A DNA stretch of 64,000 bases. Source: Eledone cirrhosa (lineage: Eukaryota). This document shows, piece by piece, positions 42,572 to 56,526 of this stretch (its first letter is position 1; every line of letters begins with the position of its first letter). The position numbers were made by a program, and so were the translations under genes. The stretch is taken from assembly GCA_964016885.1 (NCBI GenBank), contig OZ024749.1, positions 56,110,001-56,174,000 on the forward strand. Reading direction: 5' to 3'. The notes below the pieces were generated by a model. It was given only the letters and a program-made list of their open reading frames with translations, made no database searches and had not been told where the DNA came from.

Positions 42572-42855
42572 CACCTCTTTCTCTTAATTTCGAGTATATT
42601 TTTTTGACCGGCCACCCTCCTGGTGGCAAGGTTGTAAAAGAAAAGAAATTGTCATCCCTTGAATCGCAAGAATGTTTTGCAAATTTTGAAGGTGCCAGCT
42701 ATCGCACCATTTGTAGACTATGAATTAGGGAGCTGCGCTTTTTGTCCGCAAATCCAAGTTCGGTCATACTTTGGTCCAAGCGGGTTGGTATATAACCCAT
42801 AGCACCAATAATGATGGGTATGAAGCTAAAGGTGTATCTTGGATACTGGAGAATA
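42572..42855 (-). mobile_element. R4/Dong-like (restriction-like endonuclease) non-LTR retrotransposon 3' end
   Basis: Minus translation [34 protein letters not shown](fs)[13 protein letters not shown] fits the C-terminal PIIIGALG...LQ...GT pattern. A short 3' UTR follows, and TA arrays flank both sides. Confidence 0.75.
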
Positions 42856-43620
<765 letters not shown>

Positions 43621-44552
43621 GCACAAAATAAGGGGACAAATTCAAATGGGGAGTTTACATACAGGTATATGAAAATAAAACTATTAGTAAAACAACAAAT
43701 AACAATTGAAATCCCCAATAGGGGGGAGGTGTTACACAGGGGTTGTACACACCCCGAAAAAATGTACAACCCTCATCTCCAGGAACACCAAGAGTGAGTA
43801 CTCCCTTCCTCTCTTCCTCTTTTTCCTCAACATACAGGCTTATATAGAGAGAAGGCCCAACCACTCGGGCTATCTTTGCCACATTCACCCACCTTTTATA
43901 AAATTTGCTAGGGTACAGTACCTCTCTCTCCATCCTGATTCTTCTTCCAAAATGATATTTGAAAAAACGAATCAGTTGCTCGCCGGAGAGAAAGGTGTCT
44001 GACCTCAGCCCTTTTAACCTCGTCCACCATATAACCTCTTTCACCATAGCCATAACACATAGGAAAACCGCCTGTCCCTCGTTTTTGAAGGAGGGTGGCG
44101 GTTTGGTCATGACAATGGACTCGGTGGTCAAGTGGATTGGTCCCACCCGCGACAATAGTCGTTCTACATAGCCCCACAGGTCGGTAACGCCCGGGCAGTG
44201 TACAAATGCGTGTGCGACGGTTTCCTCGTCTCGCACGCATCTCGGACAGATCTTTTTCGAAGGGTCCCTACCCGGGCGCCCGTGTCTGTAGAGCTTGTCT
44301 CGTCGAACTGGTAGAGCTCCTCGGTAGCACTGCCAGGCCAGGGACGTTTGGAAGTTGTGCATTGGTCCCGGGCGGAAGGTCCTACCAAACAGATTGGCCA
44401 GTTCGTCCTCCTCTACGCCCAGAGTTCCTCCGAGCGTGTCGTCGCACTTGCTGCGGACCAACCCTCTATAGAATGTCGAAGTGGAGTCTCCATTGATCGC
44501 CGGGTCCGTTTGCCAGAGGACTGTGAGCGCCTGAGCACATTCGATATGCCAA
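43621..44552 (-). mobile_element. Tx1/L1-clade LINE, 5'-truncated ORF2 C-terminus (zf-RVT-like CCHC) plus 3' UTR
   Basis: Open frame SLAWQCYRGALPV..CPRCVRDEETVAHAFVHC..LW..KEVIWWTR..FYKRW within ORF 43655-44686. That ORF's N-terminal part is (TCTA)n read-through. Confidence 0.85.
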
Positions 44553-44612
44553 GATAGATAGATAGATAGACAGATAGATAGATAGATTGATAGATAGACA
44601 GATAGATAGATT

Positions 44613-44650
<38 letters not shown>

Positions 44651-45151
44651 GAAAGCAGAGCGGGAGGGTCCCCAATCCAGAAACAATGTTCTTTCTTTGT
44701 TCCTACAACAAACAAGCTAGTCGTTGATATGTTTATATATGTGTTCATATGTTTATGTGTATATGTGTGTTCATATGTATATGTGTATGTATATGTGTAT
44801 TTATGTGTGTTCATATGTTTATGTGTATTTATGTGTATGTACTTGTCTTATTTTCTACATATCTAATGCAGAAACAAGCTTCATCCTGGAATTTACTTCC
44901 ATCCAAAGTAAACTGGAATTATTAGTTGTTATACTTCAGAAAATATGTTGCATACTTTCACTGTTTCGCTCGCAGATTGTATTCCTAAAGTGACTCCTGA
45001 AAACACCAGTTTCGAGAATATAATGGAAACATTTTCTAACTTAAGGGATTGCACTAATAATTGTTTCTTATTTAGGCACCAGACCAGCAAGTTTAGTTTT
45101 AATACAGTCCCTGGAAAGAAACAAAACAAAATAAAAAAAACAAAAAACAAC

Positions 45152-45362
45152 TATTAATAAGAAAAGTTGAAATTAATGCATGCAAAATTTCACAGCTTTA
45201 GCATTGCTCCTTCATAGTCTGACCAAGACACTATCATGGAATGATCAAATGAGGTTTATTCTTCAATATAGTCCTTGGAAATAAACAATACAGTTATTAA
45301 TAAGAAGAGTTGAAATTAATGCATGTAAGATTTCATAGCTCTAGCATCACTCATTCATAGTC
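45152..45362. repeat. Diverged 68-bp direct duplication
   Basis: 45152-45219 vs 45295-45362. Confidence 0.8.
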
Positions 45363-45579
45363 AGCCTATGAACTCATTAACCAACTCTCATAGAGTATAT
45401 AGGATTACTATATTTAATGAATAATTCGTTATATTTGAAGACGGTGATTTGGCTGTTATTTCGAGCGAATCAAGTAACTACGTAAACTTTTCTTCCTTGG
45501 TTGATCTTAGTTTGGTTTAAATATTGTACAGTAACTAATCTTTTATTCCATCCAGTATCTCGTTATACACAATAGCCTG

Positions 45580-45831
45580 ACACACACGCGAACACATATA
45601 CACACACAGACGAACACATCCAAACACATACACACATACACATACACGAGCAGGCAAACACAGACACAAACACACGTATAGTCAAACACACACAAACAGA
45701 AACACAAACACTCACAGACATACACATACATATACATACACGCAAACGTAAGCACAAGCACAGATACATAAGCACACACACAAAATCACATACACAAATA
45801 CACACACACACACACAAAATCACATACACAA

Positions 45832-45894
<63 letters not shown>

Positions 45895-46000
45895 GACAGA
45901 CAAACGCACATACACAAACACACACATACACAAACACAAACAAACAAACACACGCATGCACACAGACAAACACTCACACAAACATACGCACATACGCAGA

Positions 46001-46097
<97 letters not shown>

Positions 46098-46122
46098 AGA
46101 CACACACACAGACACACACACA
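45580..46122. repeat. (CA)n-rich tract
   Basis: Direct reading. Confidence 0.9.
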
Positions 46123-46544
46123 CGGCTAATTTAAAAGGCTTCCATCAGTAACTCTCTCCTCAGCAATGATATACTCCAACAACAATTGAAACCATTTTCT
46201 TTTCTTTTCACTTCTTTTTTCTTCTGGGTTCCAGCTATTGCCGCAACAAATTCATTGCTCGAGGGGTCGCATGTTTTCTTCTTCGGCAACCATTGTCAGT
46301 TTTAATCAAAGCATATAGCAGAAAACCCAGAGAAATTTCTAGATTTGTTTTTTCTTCTCTTCTCTAGACTCTGCTCCGGCAATGAAGCTCAGTATCTTTG
46401 TTGCATGCAGGCATCGTTCACTAAATAACATGAATAATGTACAATACGACATATCATACAATACCTTCTCTGGAATAACATGTTATAGTTTTACTGTGTT
46501 GTTGTCTTCTGCTTCCTGGCTTGGCTCTGTTATGTCTGTCTGTT

Positions 46545-46635
<91 letters not shown>

Positions 46636-46737
46636 CTTTCTCTCTCTCTCTCTCTTTACTTTCTCTCCCTCTCTCTCTTCTCTCTCTCTCCCCCCTCTCT
46701 CTCTCCATCTATCTCTTTAACTCTCTCTCTGTCTTTT

Positions 46738-46821
46738 ATATATATATAAAATGATAGATGGTACATATACACACACATGTATACATATGTATGTATATAT
46801 AAAATGATAGATGGTACATAT

Positions 46822-46867
<46 letters not shown>

Positions 46868-46940
46868 TTATATATATATGTATATATGTATATATATATA
46901 TATGTATATATGTATATATGTATATATATATGTATATATG

Positions 46941-46971
<31 letters not shown>

Positions 46972-47317
46972 GTATATATGTATATATGTATATATATATA
47001 TATGTATATATGTATATATGTATATATGTATATATGTATATATATATATATGTATATATGTATATATGTATATATATATATATGTATATATGTATATATA
47101 TATATGTATATATGTATATATATATATGTATATATGTATATATAAATATATATATGTGTGCATGTATATATAAATATATATATGTATATATATATATGTA
47201 TATATGTATATATAAATATATATATGTGTGCATGTATATATAAATATATATATGTACATATATATATGTACATATATATATATATATATATGTAGATATG
47301 TATATATATATATGTAG

Positions 47318-47348
<31 letters not shown>

Positions 47349-47445
47349 GATATATATATATGTAGATATATATATGTAGATATATATATGTAGATATATA
47401 TATATATATACATGTATATATACATGTACGTTATATATATATATA
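46738..47445. repeat. Interrupted (TA)n array with duplicated aaaatgatagatggtacata
   Basis: Direct reading. Confidence 0.9.
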
Positions 47446-47549
47446 GTCCTTATTTTTTCTTTTTGTTCGTATCTTCTGTTTTTCTCTGTATATTCCTTTG
47501 TAGACAAACGTTAAGCAAACATCTTATGAGTTACAGTCAGATTGGCAGA

Positions 47550-47581
<32 letters not shown>

Positions 47582-47926
47582 TGTAGTAGTATTAGCAATA
47601 TTTATAATAGTAATAATAATAAAATATAACACTCACGATGATAATAATAATAATAATATGAACATAAAACAAGATAAATGAAATAACAATAATAATAATA
47701 ATAATAATAATAATAACGATAACAACAACACTCATGACGATGGTGATGATAATCAAATGCAATACTAACGCTTATAAAGTATTTATTTGTCTTGAAATCC
47801 TGCCTGGTTTCAGATAGAAGCATTTTGCCGAATATAAACGGAGAAACTATTTGCATTTGTAAAGAAAAAACGAAGGTAAACGAGAGAAAAAAATAACTAG
47901 AGAAATATGAATAAATAAATAAATAG

Positions 47927-47966
<40 letters not shown>

Positions 47967-48035
47967 CTATTTATTTATATATATATATATTCCTGTATAT
48001 ATATATATATATTTATTTATATATATATATATTCC

Positions 48036-48070
<35 letters not shown>

Positions 48071-48188
48071 GGAGTCGATATAGTTATTCCCAATTCATAA
48101 GCTTGTCGTTTGTTTTGTTTTGTATTTTCAAAATGGCGTGGGTGTCGTGAGAAAGCCTGACCAGAGAACAGATAGTACATACATAAAT

Positions 48189-48328
<140 letters not shown>

Positions 48329-48483
48329 ATGTATACACACTCATGTACCTTCATATACATACACGCACACCTACATAAATCTATGCACATACGTATATGA
48401 ATATATACACACATAATAAATAGATATACACAGTTCTCTTTCTATGAGTGATGTCTGAGAAGACGACAGAAACCGGAGTGGTC

Positions 48484-48795
48484 CTAATACTGTGAGAGAA
48501 ACAGAAATTGATAGCAGCAGAAGAAACGATCACAAAATAACTACTACCTTCATTGCAATCGTCTAAAATTTCTTGATAGTGATGCCACAGCATGGCCACA
48601 GTCCGTTGACTGAAACCAGGCTAAAAGAAAGGAAAAGATGACTAAAAACAAGCCTAATTCTGTCAATGGAGTGATACATAAATAGATAGCATCAGAAGGA
48701 AAGATCACAAAACAAGTAGTGCCACAATTGCAATGAACTAAAACCTTTTGACGATGGTGCCCCAGCATAGCCACAGTCCAGTGACTGGAAACAGT
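48484..48795 (+). mobile_element. Tandem pair of diverged SINE 3' halves (cagcatggccacagtc..gactgaaac tail)
   Basis: 48484-48620 aligns with 48654-48795. Confidence 0.65.
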
Positions 48796-49667
48796 CACCT
48801 AAGAAGGAAGGCTGACACAAAACAAAAATAAATAAATAAAAAAAAACATTAAAAGAAAACAGGAAAAAGCCAAGAATTGGTATTAAATTAATCTACATAT
48901 ATTTACAACCGGATATTCACTGATAGTTAATTCCCTTGTTTGTGAAATACGTTAAATGTTAAAATATAAACGGCTAATTCGCTAATGAACAACCAACTAC
49001 TCATAGCTTTGATATTTAATACGATATACCATTAAAGAAGTGAAGTATATTTAGTGTATGTAACAGAATATATACATATGCTATATATACATACATCCTA
49101 TACATTCATACATGTATATATATTCTATTAAAGAAATTATAACAGTAAATGAAACTGCATACATACACACACATACGCATGTATATATGAAAATATGTTT
49201 TCTTGTATATTGCTATATTTAGAAATAGGAAAATGTTTAACCCCGACGCCAGAGGTGAAGCCGTTTCGATATACCTCGGGACATGTAGATTTGTGTTAAA
49301 TTTCGTATACAGTTTCACTATTAAACACCCGTAACATGTCAAACATATGCTACACGTTTGAAGCGACCATTTTATGATCCGAGTAAATATATATTTCATT
49401 TCGAAGAATTTGTGATGTTGATGATTTTTATGCTTTGGGAGTTGGGATATTAAGTCGCAGTTCTTTTCCATTCAACTGTCTTAAATGGGTTCCTTGATGA
49501 AACCTTCTGCTTGCCTTTGCCCGCTTATCTGTGCTCAATGTAGGCCTGATTATCCACGCTGGCTGATTGCATGTAGGACAAGATCTTCTTGTGATTGGGG
49601 GGGGGGGGGGGGGTATAACCTTTTCCTGACCCTATTGCTATTTCAATTGATTAATGAAGTATTTTTA

Positions 49668-49933
49668 GAGATGTACGCTCGGAGATCAGAGAATCACTCC
49701 ATGTAAACCTGCTACTTCTCTGAATAGAGATCACAGTTCCGATACTATAAGCATGTGTTTAGAATGTCTCAGGAAAGAATCGCTGGACAAATTTTATGTG
49801 CAAAACCAATCGGTTGGAGACCCAACGGCAGACCTCGAGCAAAATGCTTGGATAACATCCATGAGCTTAGCTGGTCTCGCTTGGGGATCCAGTGGGGTCA
49901 GTTGGAGACGGTTACTTCTGAAACGACCCGCTG
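49668..49933 (+). mobile_element. RTE-clade LINE 3' fragment
   Basis: RMSQERIAGQILCAKPIGWRPNGRPRAKCLDNIHELSW. Confidence 0.8.
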
Positions 49934-49953
49934 CACACAAATACATACACTCA

Positions 49954-49998
<45 letters not shown>

Positions 49999-50204
49999 TA
50001 TATATACATACACACCTCTCTCTCTTCCTCTCTCTCTTTCTCCTTTTGTCTCCCCCTATATATATCTATACATATATAATTCATATTGAAACTAAACAAT
50101 TAACTCACCTTCTCTATCTATTCGATAGATTGCCTCCATTGCTAAACTGGTTTGACTTTCAACTAAATGACTCAAACCAGCAGTTAGCAACATTCAAGAT
50201 ATTT

Positions 50205-50570
50205 GGTTAATAAACCTTTATTTATTTTTGGTTAATCTCATTGTAAACCCTTTTTATTCAGCTTACGTTGCTAATATTACTTTATGCTATACATTTATAT
50301 TAATGGTATGTTGCTCATAAACCTTTATTCGTCATACAACAATCTATACAAGGACTGCAGCTAATGTATTTTTATTGCGGGTATATTTCTAATAAAAACA
50401 TATTTGGAGTGTTCTGCTAATACTTCATACAAGGTGTGTTGCTAATAAACTTTCATTCCTGATATGTTGTTAATATATATTACGTTAATTTAGAGTATAT
50501 TGCTAATTAAGTTATATTCAGGTTATGTTGTTAAATAAACTTTTATTCTGGATGTTTTGTTGATATTTTG
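50205..50570. repeat. Degenerate minisatellite (tgttgctaataaac(c)tttattc-like units)
   Basis: Recurrent gttgctaat/aaactttattc motifs at irregular 30-40 bp spacing. Confidence 0.6.
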
Positions 50571-51041
50571 AGAGTCATAGGTTTTCTATTTTGTCTTAAA
50601 AATGACTGAGATGTATCAATTGCTCGACCTTCGGGTCACGCTTCATATGTCCCTCTATCAGTTTTCTCAATCATAGCTAAAATGACGCTATCCACAAGAA
50701 GAAGAACATGTCATGTAGATAAAGATAAGCAGAAATTCTGTGAAGTGTTCTTGGTTGTGGAGAAGATGGGAGCCATTGATGTCATGATCACTAGATGATC
50801 ACAACTATCTTCTTACAACTCTATGTATGTATGTATGTATGTATCATCATCATATCTCTCTCTCCCTCTCTCCCCCCTCTCTCTCTCTGTATATATATAT
50901 ATATATAGTTTCTCCTGTGGGTGTTTCTCCATTGTTCTAGCCAGAAGATCTCTCAGTGAGCGTATATTCTAACATGAATATTTAAACTCTACTTCGGTAT
51001 TGAATACTCTTATCTCACGTCCGTCAACTACGAACTGATAT

Positions 51042-51129
<88 letters not shown>

Positions 51130-51827
51130 GTGAAAGTGTATTTGGTAAAGAGTACCAATACTAATTACTTTCGTTCTCTGACCTAGTTTATTAAAATCTA
51201 ATAATATTGGGATTTTAACAATTGTATTCATTAACCGATGAAAGTCGTAGTAAAAAATCTAAAGTTAATTCACAGCTTCATTTGTTTAACAAAGAAGAAA
51301 AAAGACAAACAAACCAAAAACAATCTACAAAAACAAACAAAAAAATACAACGACGACAACAAGGACAACAACAATAACAACAACAACATATCAGTACCAG
51401 AGACAAAGAAAAAGAACCAGCCATATAAGACTACAGTTGAAATTCCACTGTTAATAATAGCATTTAGAAACCATTTCAACTCTGAAGAAGTTGGTGTTGT
51501 AATTTTATTCTAGTTGCTAATTAAAATTCCAAACGGTATGAAGCAATTAAGCTAGTGTAATCCAAAAAGCAGGGAACTATTGTTAGATCTAATTCAGATT
51601 CATTTATTTCATTAAAACACACACACACAAACACACACACATACGCACACACACACGAAGAATAAAATCAACAACAATAATATAAAATACGTTAAAAAAT
51701 ACAATGAACAGACTGGATGCTTGTGTAGATGTCTGTATGTATGTGTGAGTGTGTGAGGGTCTCTCTGTGTGTGTATGTGTGAGTGTATGAGAGTCTCTGT
51801 GTGTGTATGCGTGAGTGTGTGAGAGTC

Positions 51828-51877
<50 letters not shown>

Positions 51878-52299
51878 TGAGTGTGTGAGAGCTTGTGTGT
51901 GTGTGAGCGTTTATTTGTTTAAGATTTAGGGCATTTTGGCAAGATAGCAATACCATAGAATCATTTACATTGACTACCTATAATAGGATATTATAACAAA
52001 GAGTTATTTAATTTCTGTTTTTTGGTGAAGTAATCAGACTAAAAAACCAACAACACGTCACAGAGCAAGTTGGTGCCAGAGAGAAATTATTGTCACCACA
52101 GGTGAAGTTTTGTCTCCAGCTATATGTGCTGGTAACATTAGAAGTTGAAAAAAATACATTATATATTGACTTTGAAATATTTTGTTTTCTTTGACTGAAG
52201 GTGGCACAATTTATTAAACATATATTCATATAAAGATTAGGTTTTTTTTCTTTTCGCCAACGTGAATTTAGCATTAAAATTAGAATTGAATGTTGGTGT

Positions 52300-52340
<41 letters not shown>

Positions 52341-52439
52341 TATATAAATATATAAATATTTTCTACTCTAACCATAAATTTCAGTAGCACCACTCCACAT
52401 AAATTCCTCAATTTAAGAGTATTTCATACTATTAACCTT

Positions 52440-52762
52440 AATTGAATATATATCTGACCAGGAATACTTTTTGTGAAAATCAGTCATATGGAACTATTGT
52501 CGTCTTGCCTGACGGTTTGAACTTTACAACACCACCTGCCTCTTTGAGATCAAATACCAACCCTACTACCATCTACAAACCGACCAATGAGAATCAAGAC
52601 TATTCCTGCTGACAACATTAACACTATAAACACAGAGCTGGCATATCTAAGAACTGACTAACTGCCTGATGAAGTCATAGCCATTCAATGGCTATCATCG
52701 AAATATATATAGCAGTAAATAAAGGATTATGTGTTCATGCAATTGACTTATGTTTCGTCACT
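52440..52762 (+). mobile_element. Penelope-like element 3' remnant (pseudo-LTR)
   Basis: LPDGLN (52505-52522, resembling the GIY-YIG C-terminal P.GLN), CCAAT (52584), TATAAA (52625), a hammerhead and AATAAA, ending at (TA)n. Confidence 0.55.
52661..52716 (+). ncRNA. Minimal type-I hammerhead ribozyme
   Basis: actgc-CTGATGA-agtc-atagcca(ttcaa)tggctat-catc-GAAA-tatata-TA-gcagt. Stem I is 5 bp perfect, the stem-II hairpin is 7 bp, and stem III is palindromic. Confidence 0.8.
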
Positions 52763-52779
52763 ATATATATATATATGTG

Positions 52780-52923
52780 TAGGAAAAAGTATGACCCGGT
52801 GGAAACGGCTTGAGCTCTGCCGTCGGGGTCATACTTTTTCCTATTACTCACTCTACTACCCTAAGTATTGAATACTCTGGTGCGTTATGGTCTATCTGGT
52901 TCCTTACAACAACTCCTTCGTCA
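52780..52923 (+). mobile_element. Second copy of the foldback element (18-bp arms)
   Basis: 52780-52797 is the reverse complement of 52826-52843; the body matches 23827-23948; TA-flanked. Confidence 0.8.
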
Positions 52924-52939
52924 TATATATATATATATA

Positions 52940-52977
<38 letters not shown>

Positions 52978-53447
52978 ATCTGAGCTATACTACTGATTCG
53001 AGGACCAGGTATTTTAAGATTTAATGCACTTTTCAAAATAAAATATACATTATTCTACTCATGTATAAATTTCTGTTTCGCCCATACACGCACACGCGCG
53101 CACACACACACGCACACGCACACGCACACGCACACACACACACACATTGGTGAGCTTGATTCAAGGAACAGGTGCATCAGTATTCCTACAGCACTCAGGA
53201 ACTGAATGTGTGAATATGTCAATTGCTAGAATCAACAACACGCCAACAGATAATATATATATCAAATGTCTTCATTAATCCCATTCCATACACGGCCGGC
53301 ATTAATAACGCTACATGATATCCATGTATAATGCATGTATTTAATTGCCAACTAAGTGTCAATAAACTTTATATACGGGGCCCGGCAAAAGAAAATAAAA
53401 GCAAGCTAGAAATAATTGTGGTAAAGAAATAACAAGATTAGTCAATG

Positions 53448-53627
53448 TTGGCAGTATCGGTAGAGGGTCAGACACCATGCCTTGCAACATAGAGTTACGT
53501 CCCTTTATGGAGTTCAAATTCCGCCGAGGTTAACTTTGCCTTTCATCCTTACGAGGTCGATAAAATAAAGTACCAGTAATACACTGATATAATTGCTGGC
53601 CTTGTGCCAAAAGTAGAAATAATTATT
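53448..53627 (+). mobile_element. SINE family A, near full length
   Basis: Closely matches 13750-13932. Confidence 0.9.
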
Positions 53628-53814
53628 TAAGATATTCCTGCAGGTATGGGTGAGAGACATCTCTTGACATGCTCCGGCTTCATTATGAACTCATTAGCGA
53701 ATCATATATCTCACAATCTTTGCCGAGGTAGAGACGGAAGTATCACTGATTTGATGTACTATATTGCAATTAACCACAAGCTAAAGCAGAGAAATAGCAT
53801 TGTTATAGAATAAT

Positions 53815-53918
53815 AACTGAAAGACACCATTCACAATTGATCCAAGTTGTCTCGCTGGATCGAACCCCGGAGGCACGTTTTTGCGAGTCGAACTTCTTAA
53901 CCACACAGCCGCCATGCC
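53815..53918 (-). mobile_element. tRNA-derived SINE head
   Basis: Reverse complement ggcatggcggctgtgtggttaagaagttc...ggggttcgatcc (A and B boxes). Confidence 0.6.
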
Positions 53919-54120
53919 ATTGGATTGAATCTGAGTCAAGGCTTACTTACAAACCTACGTTTTACCTTCCCGAGGCTCATCACTACAATGAAATATTAGA
54001 AGAGTTGTTTTCTTTTCTTTTTTCTATTGGCCATATAAAAAGTTTGGCATTTAGTTTTTTAAAAAATGTAACAACAAATAAACTGTGCACAGTGAAACGA
54101 ACCTAACAAATATATATATA

Positions 54121-54194
<74 letters not shown>

Positions 54195-54527
54195 AACAGA
54201 CAAAACATCCACAAAAAAACACAACAAAAACTACGTCTATGACCTCCAGCTGTGTGTACTGACTGTTGACACCTGGTATCTAATTTTACTGTCAACGTTA
54301 AGTGTTGCTTAGCTGCCTGCTTGAATAAAAAAAAAAGTGCAATTTAAGATTTTACCCCGAATTACTAATTAGTCCAAGCTGTGTTTTATACATTACCCCG
54401 TGTAAGAAAATGTATCAATGTACCTCGTAGACATGAGTTACTACTTGTAGGCGACCCACACTAACATCAGGCATCAATCTATGTGTCAGAAATATACAGA
54501 AACCTATTACAGGTGGCGTGAAGGTTT

Positions 54528-54790
54528 TGTGGTTAGTGTTAAGCGGTGCGTTTCGTCGTTGAGCAAGGCACTTCATTTTCTGTTGCTTCAATCCACTCAG
54601 CTTACAATGAGTACCAACAAACAACTGAGGAAAGGGTGGGTCGGTTAACGGTTAAACTTGCCATGATTGGCGTCTCATCCGAGAAGGAACCTTGTTCTAT
54701 CAGTCATTTAACGTCCCATGAATCTACGATAGGTTCCAGCCTTCAATTGACCCATGCTAGTGTTAGGCTAGGTTTTGTTTCAAGTAAACA
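54528..54790 (+). mobile_element. Diverged SINE with a ttgagcaaggcact..tccactcagct core
   Basis: The central motif is typical of tRNA-SINE bodies; the head is deleted. Confidence 0.5.
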
Positions 54791-55121
54791 TGTTTGTATT
54801 TTAACAAAATTTCCATAAATTATCATAGTCTCGCGGATATATATATATATATATATATATATTAGTTCTCAACACAAATTCATGCTACCTAAGAGAACTC
54901 ATTTATATTATATACTTTAGCTACACACACACACAAATATATACATACGTTGGTTTCCGCAAAAATCGTGTACTAGTCAACGTAGATATACATATATAGA
55001 GTCATCCATTCAATATATGTTTTTTGTTATATATATACTATATATATATATATATATATAGGAAAGTAAAAAAACAACAACGCAGGAGTACAAGTTACAA
55101 AGGGTATTAGGTTCATGCTTA

Positions 55122-55161
<40 letters not shown>

Positions 55162-56339
55162 ACAAAGCTAACATTAATATCTTCTAAACCACACACAAGT
55201 CAATGATAAACCCAAGGCTTTAGATACTTGCCCAAGGAGAACTACATCTCTAACGAGACTGAAATAAATTTCTTAACCATTATGTCTGCTCTATATTTCC
55301 TTTTTTTTATTCCTCTTTTATTTTTCGTTTTTTTTTTAATATATCATTTTTTTTCATCTATGTATGTGGCAGTCTACATTTTCTAAATTTTTCTTCAGAT
55401 ATTATTATTATTATTATTATTATTATCTTTATTGTTATTATTATTATTATTTTTTATTTTTTTAGCAATATCATTATATTAAATCGACATCTCAGTTCAC
55501 GATTTCTAACAACAGAATAATAATTTTAATAAATCAAAAGACATCAAGTGAAGTCATTCTCTTTTTTTTTTCTTTCTATTTGATACAACAATTCAGTTTA
55601 TTAAATTACTAGTTTAAAAATAACTTTTACAGAGTTTTTATATATATATATTTTTTTTAAATATTGAAGTTAAAAATCTAATGAGTAAATATAAATTTAA
55701 AAAAAAAAAAAAAATTTAAAATTAGTATAAAAATAACCAAGACAAAAAAAAAAGAAGAAATTGTGATTTGGTTCGTATGAAGTAAACGGAAAAATTTGGC
55801 TATAACATATAACAGAGAGTCAATTATGAATACACTTTTGAATGGAATAGAACATGATAGAATAAAATAGAAAAGAATATAGTACAAAAGAGTTCTTTTA
55901 TATTCATGAACTGTAGCGTAGCAGACACTTTGAAATTTTAGTTTAATATAGCTTAGAAGTTAAATACGGAAAGACACAGACAATTTAAATATGTGGTAAA
56001 AGTAAGGTAAGAGAGTATACAACTTTTAAGTTGGAGAAGAACGACTGAACAACGTCAGCAAATTTCACTGATCGTTTGTTCTCTTTAAGATCTATATGGC
56101 TTTGTTCCTACGTCATTGCTTGTTTGTCAGTGTATCTCTGTGTGTATCTTTGATAAGTGTCTGTGTTTATGTGTGTGTTTATGTGTGTGATTGTGCATGT
56201 GTGAGTGTGGGTATATGTTTGTGTGTGTTTATGTCTGTGTTGGTGATTGTGTGTGTTTACGTGTGTGTTGGTGATTGTGTGTGATTGTGTATGTGGGTAT
56301 ATGTTTGTGTGTGTTTATCCATCTGTTTGTGATTGTATG

Positions 56340-56526
56340 TGTGAAATATAAACTAGGTTGTTCTTGTCTATATGTGTTTATGCATGTGTTTGTGATTATG
56401 TATGTGTGTTTATGTGTGTGTGCTAAATACACTAGCTTGTTCTTGTCTGTATGTGTTTATACATATGTTTGTGATTATGTATGTGTTTGTGTGTGTATGC
56501 TAAATACACTAGCTTCATCTTGTCTC
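56340..56526. repeat. Three about 75-bp units (aaatacactagcttgttcttgtc) in a GT-rich tract
   Basis: Motif at about 56344, 56425 and 56502. Confidence 0.7.
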
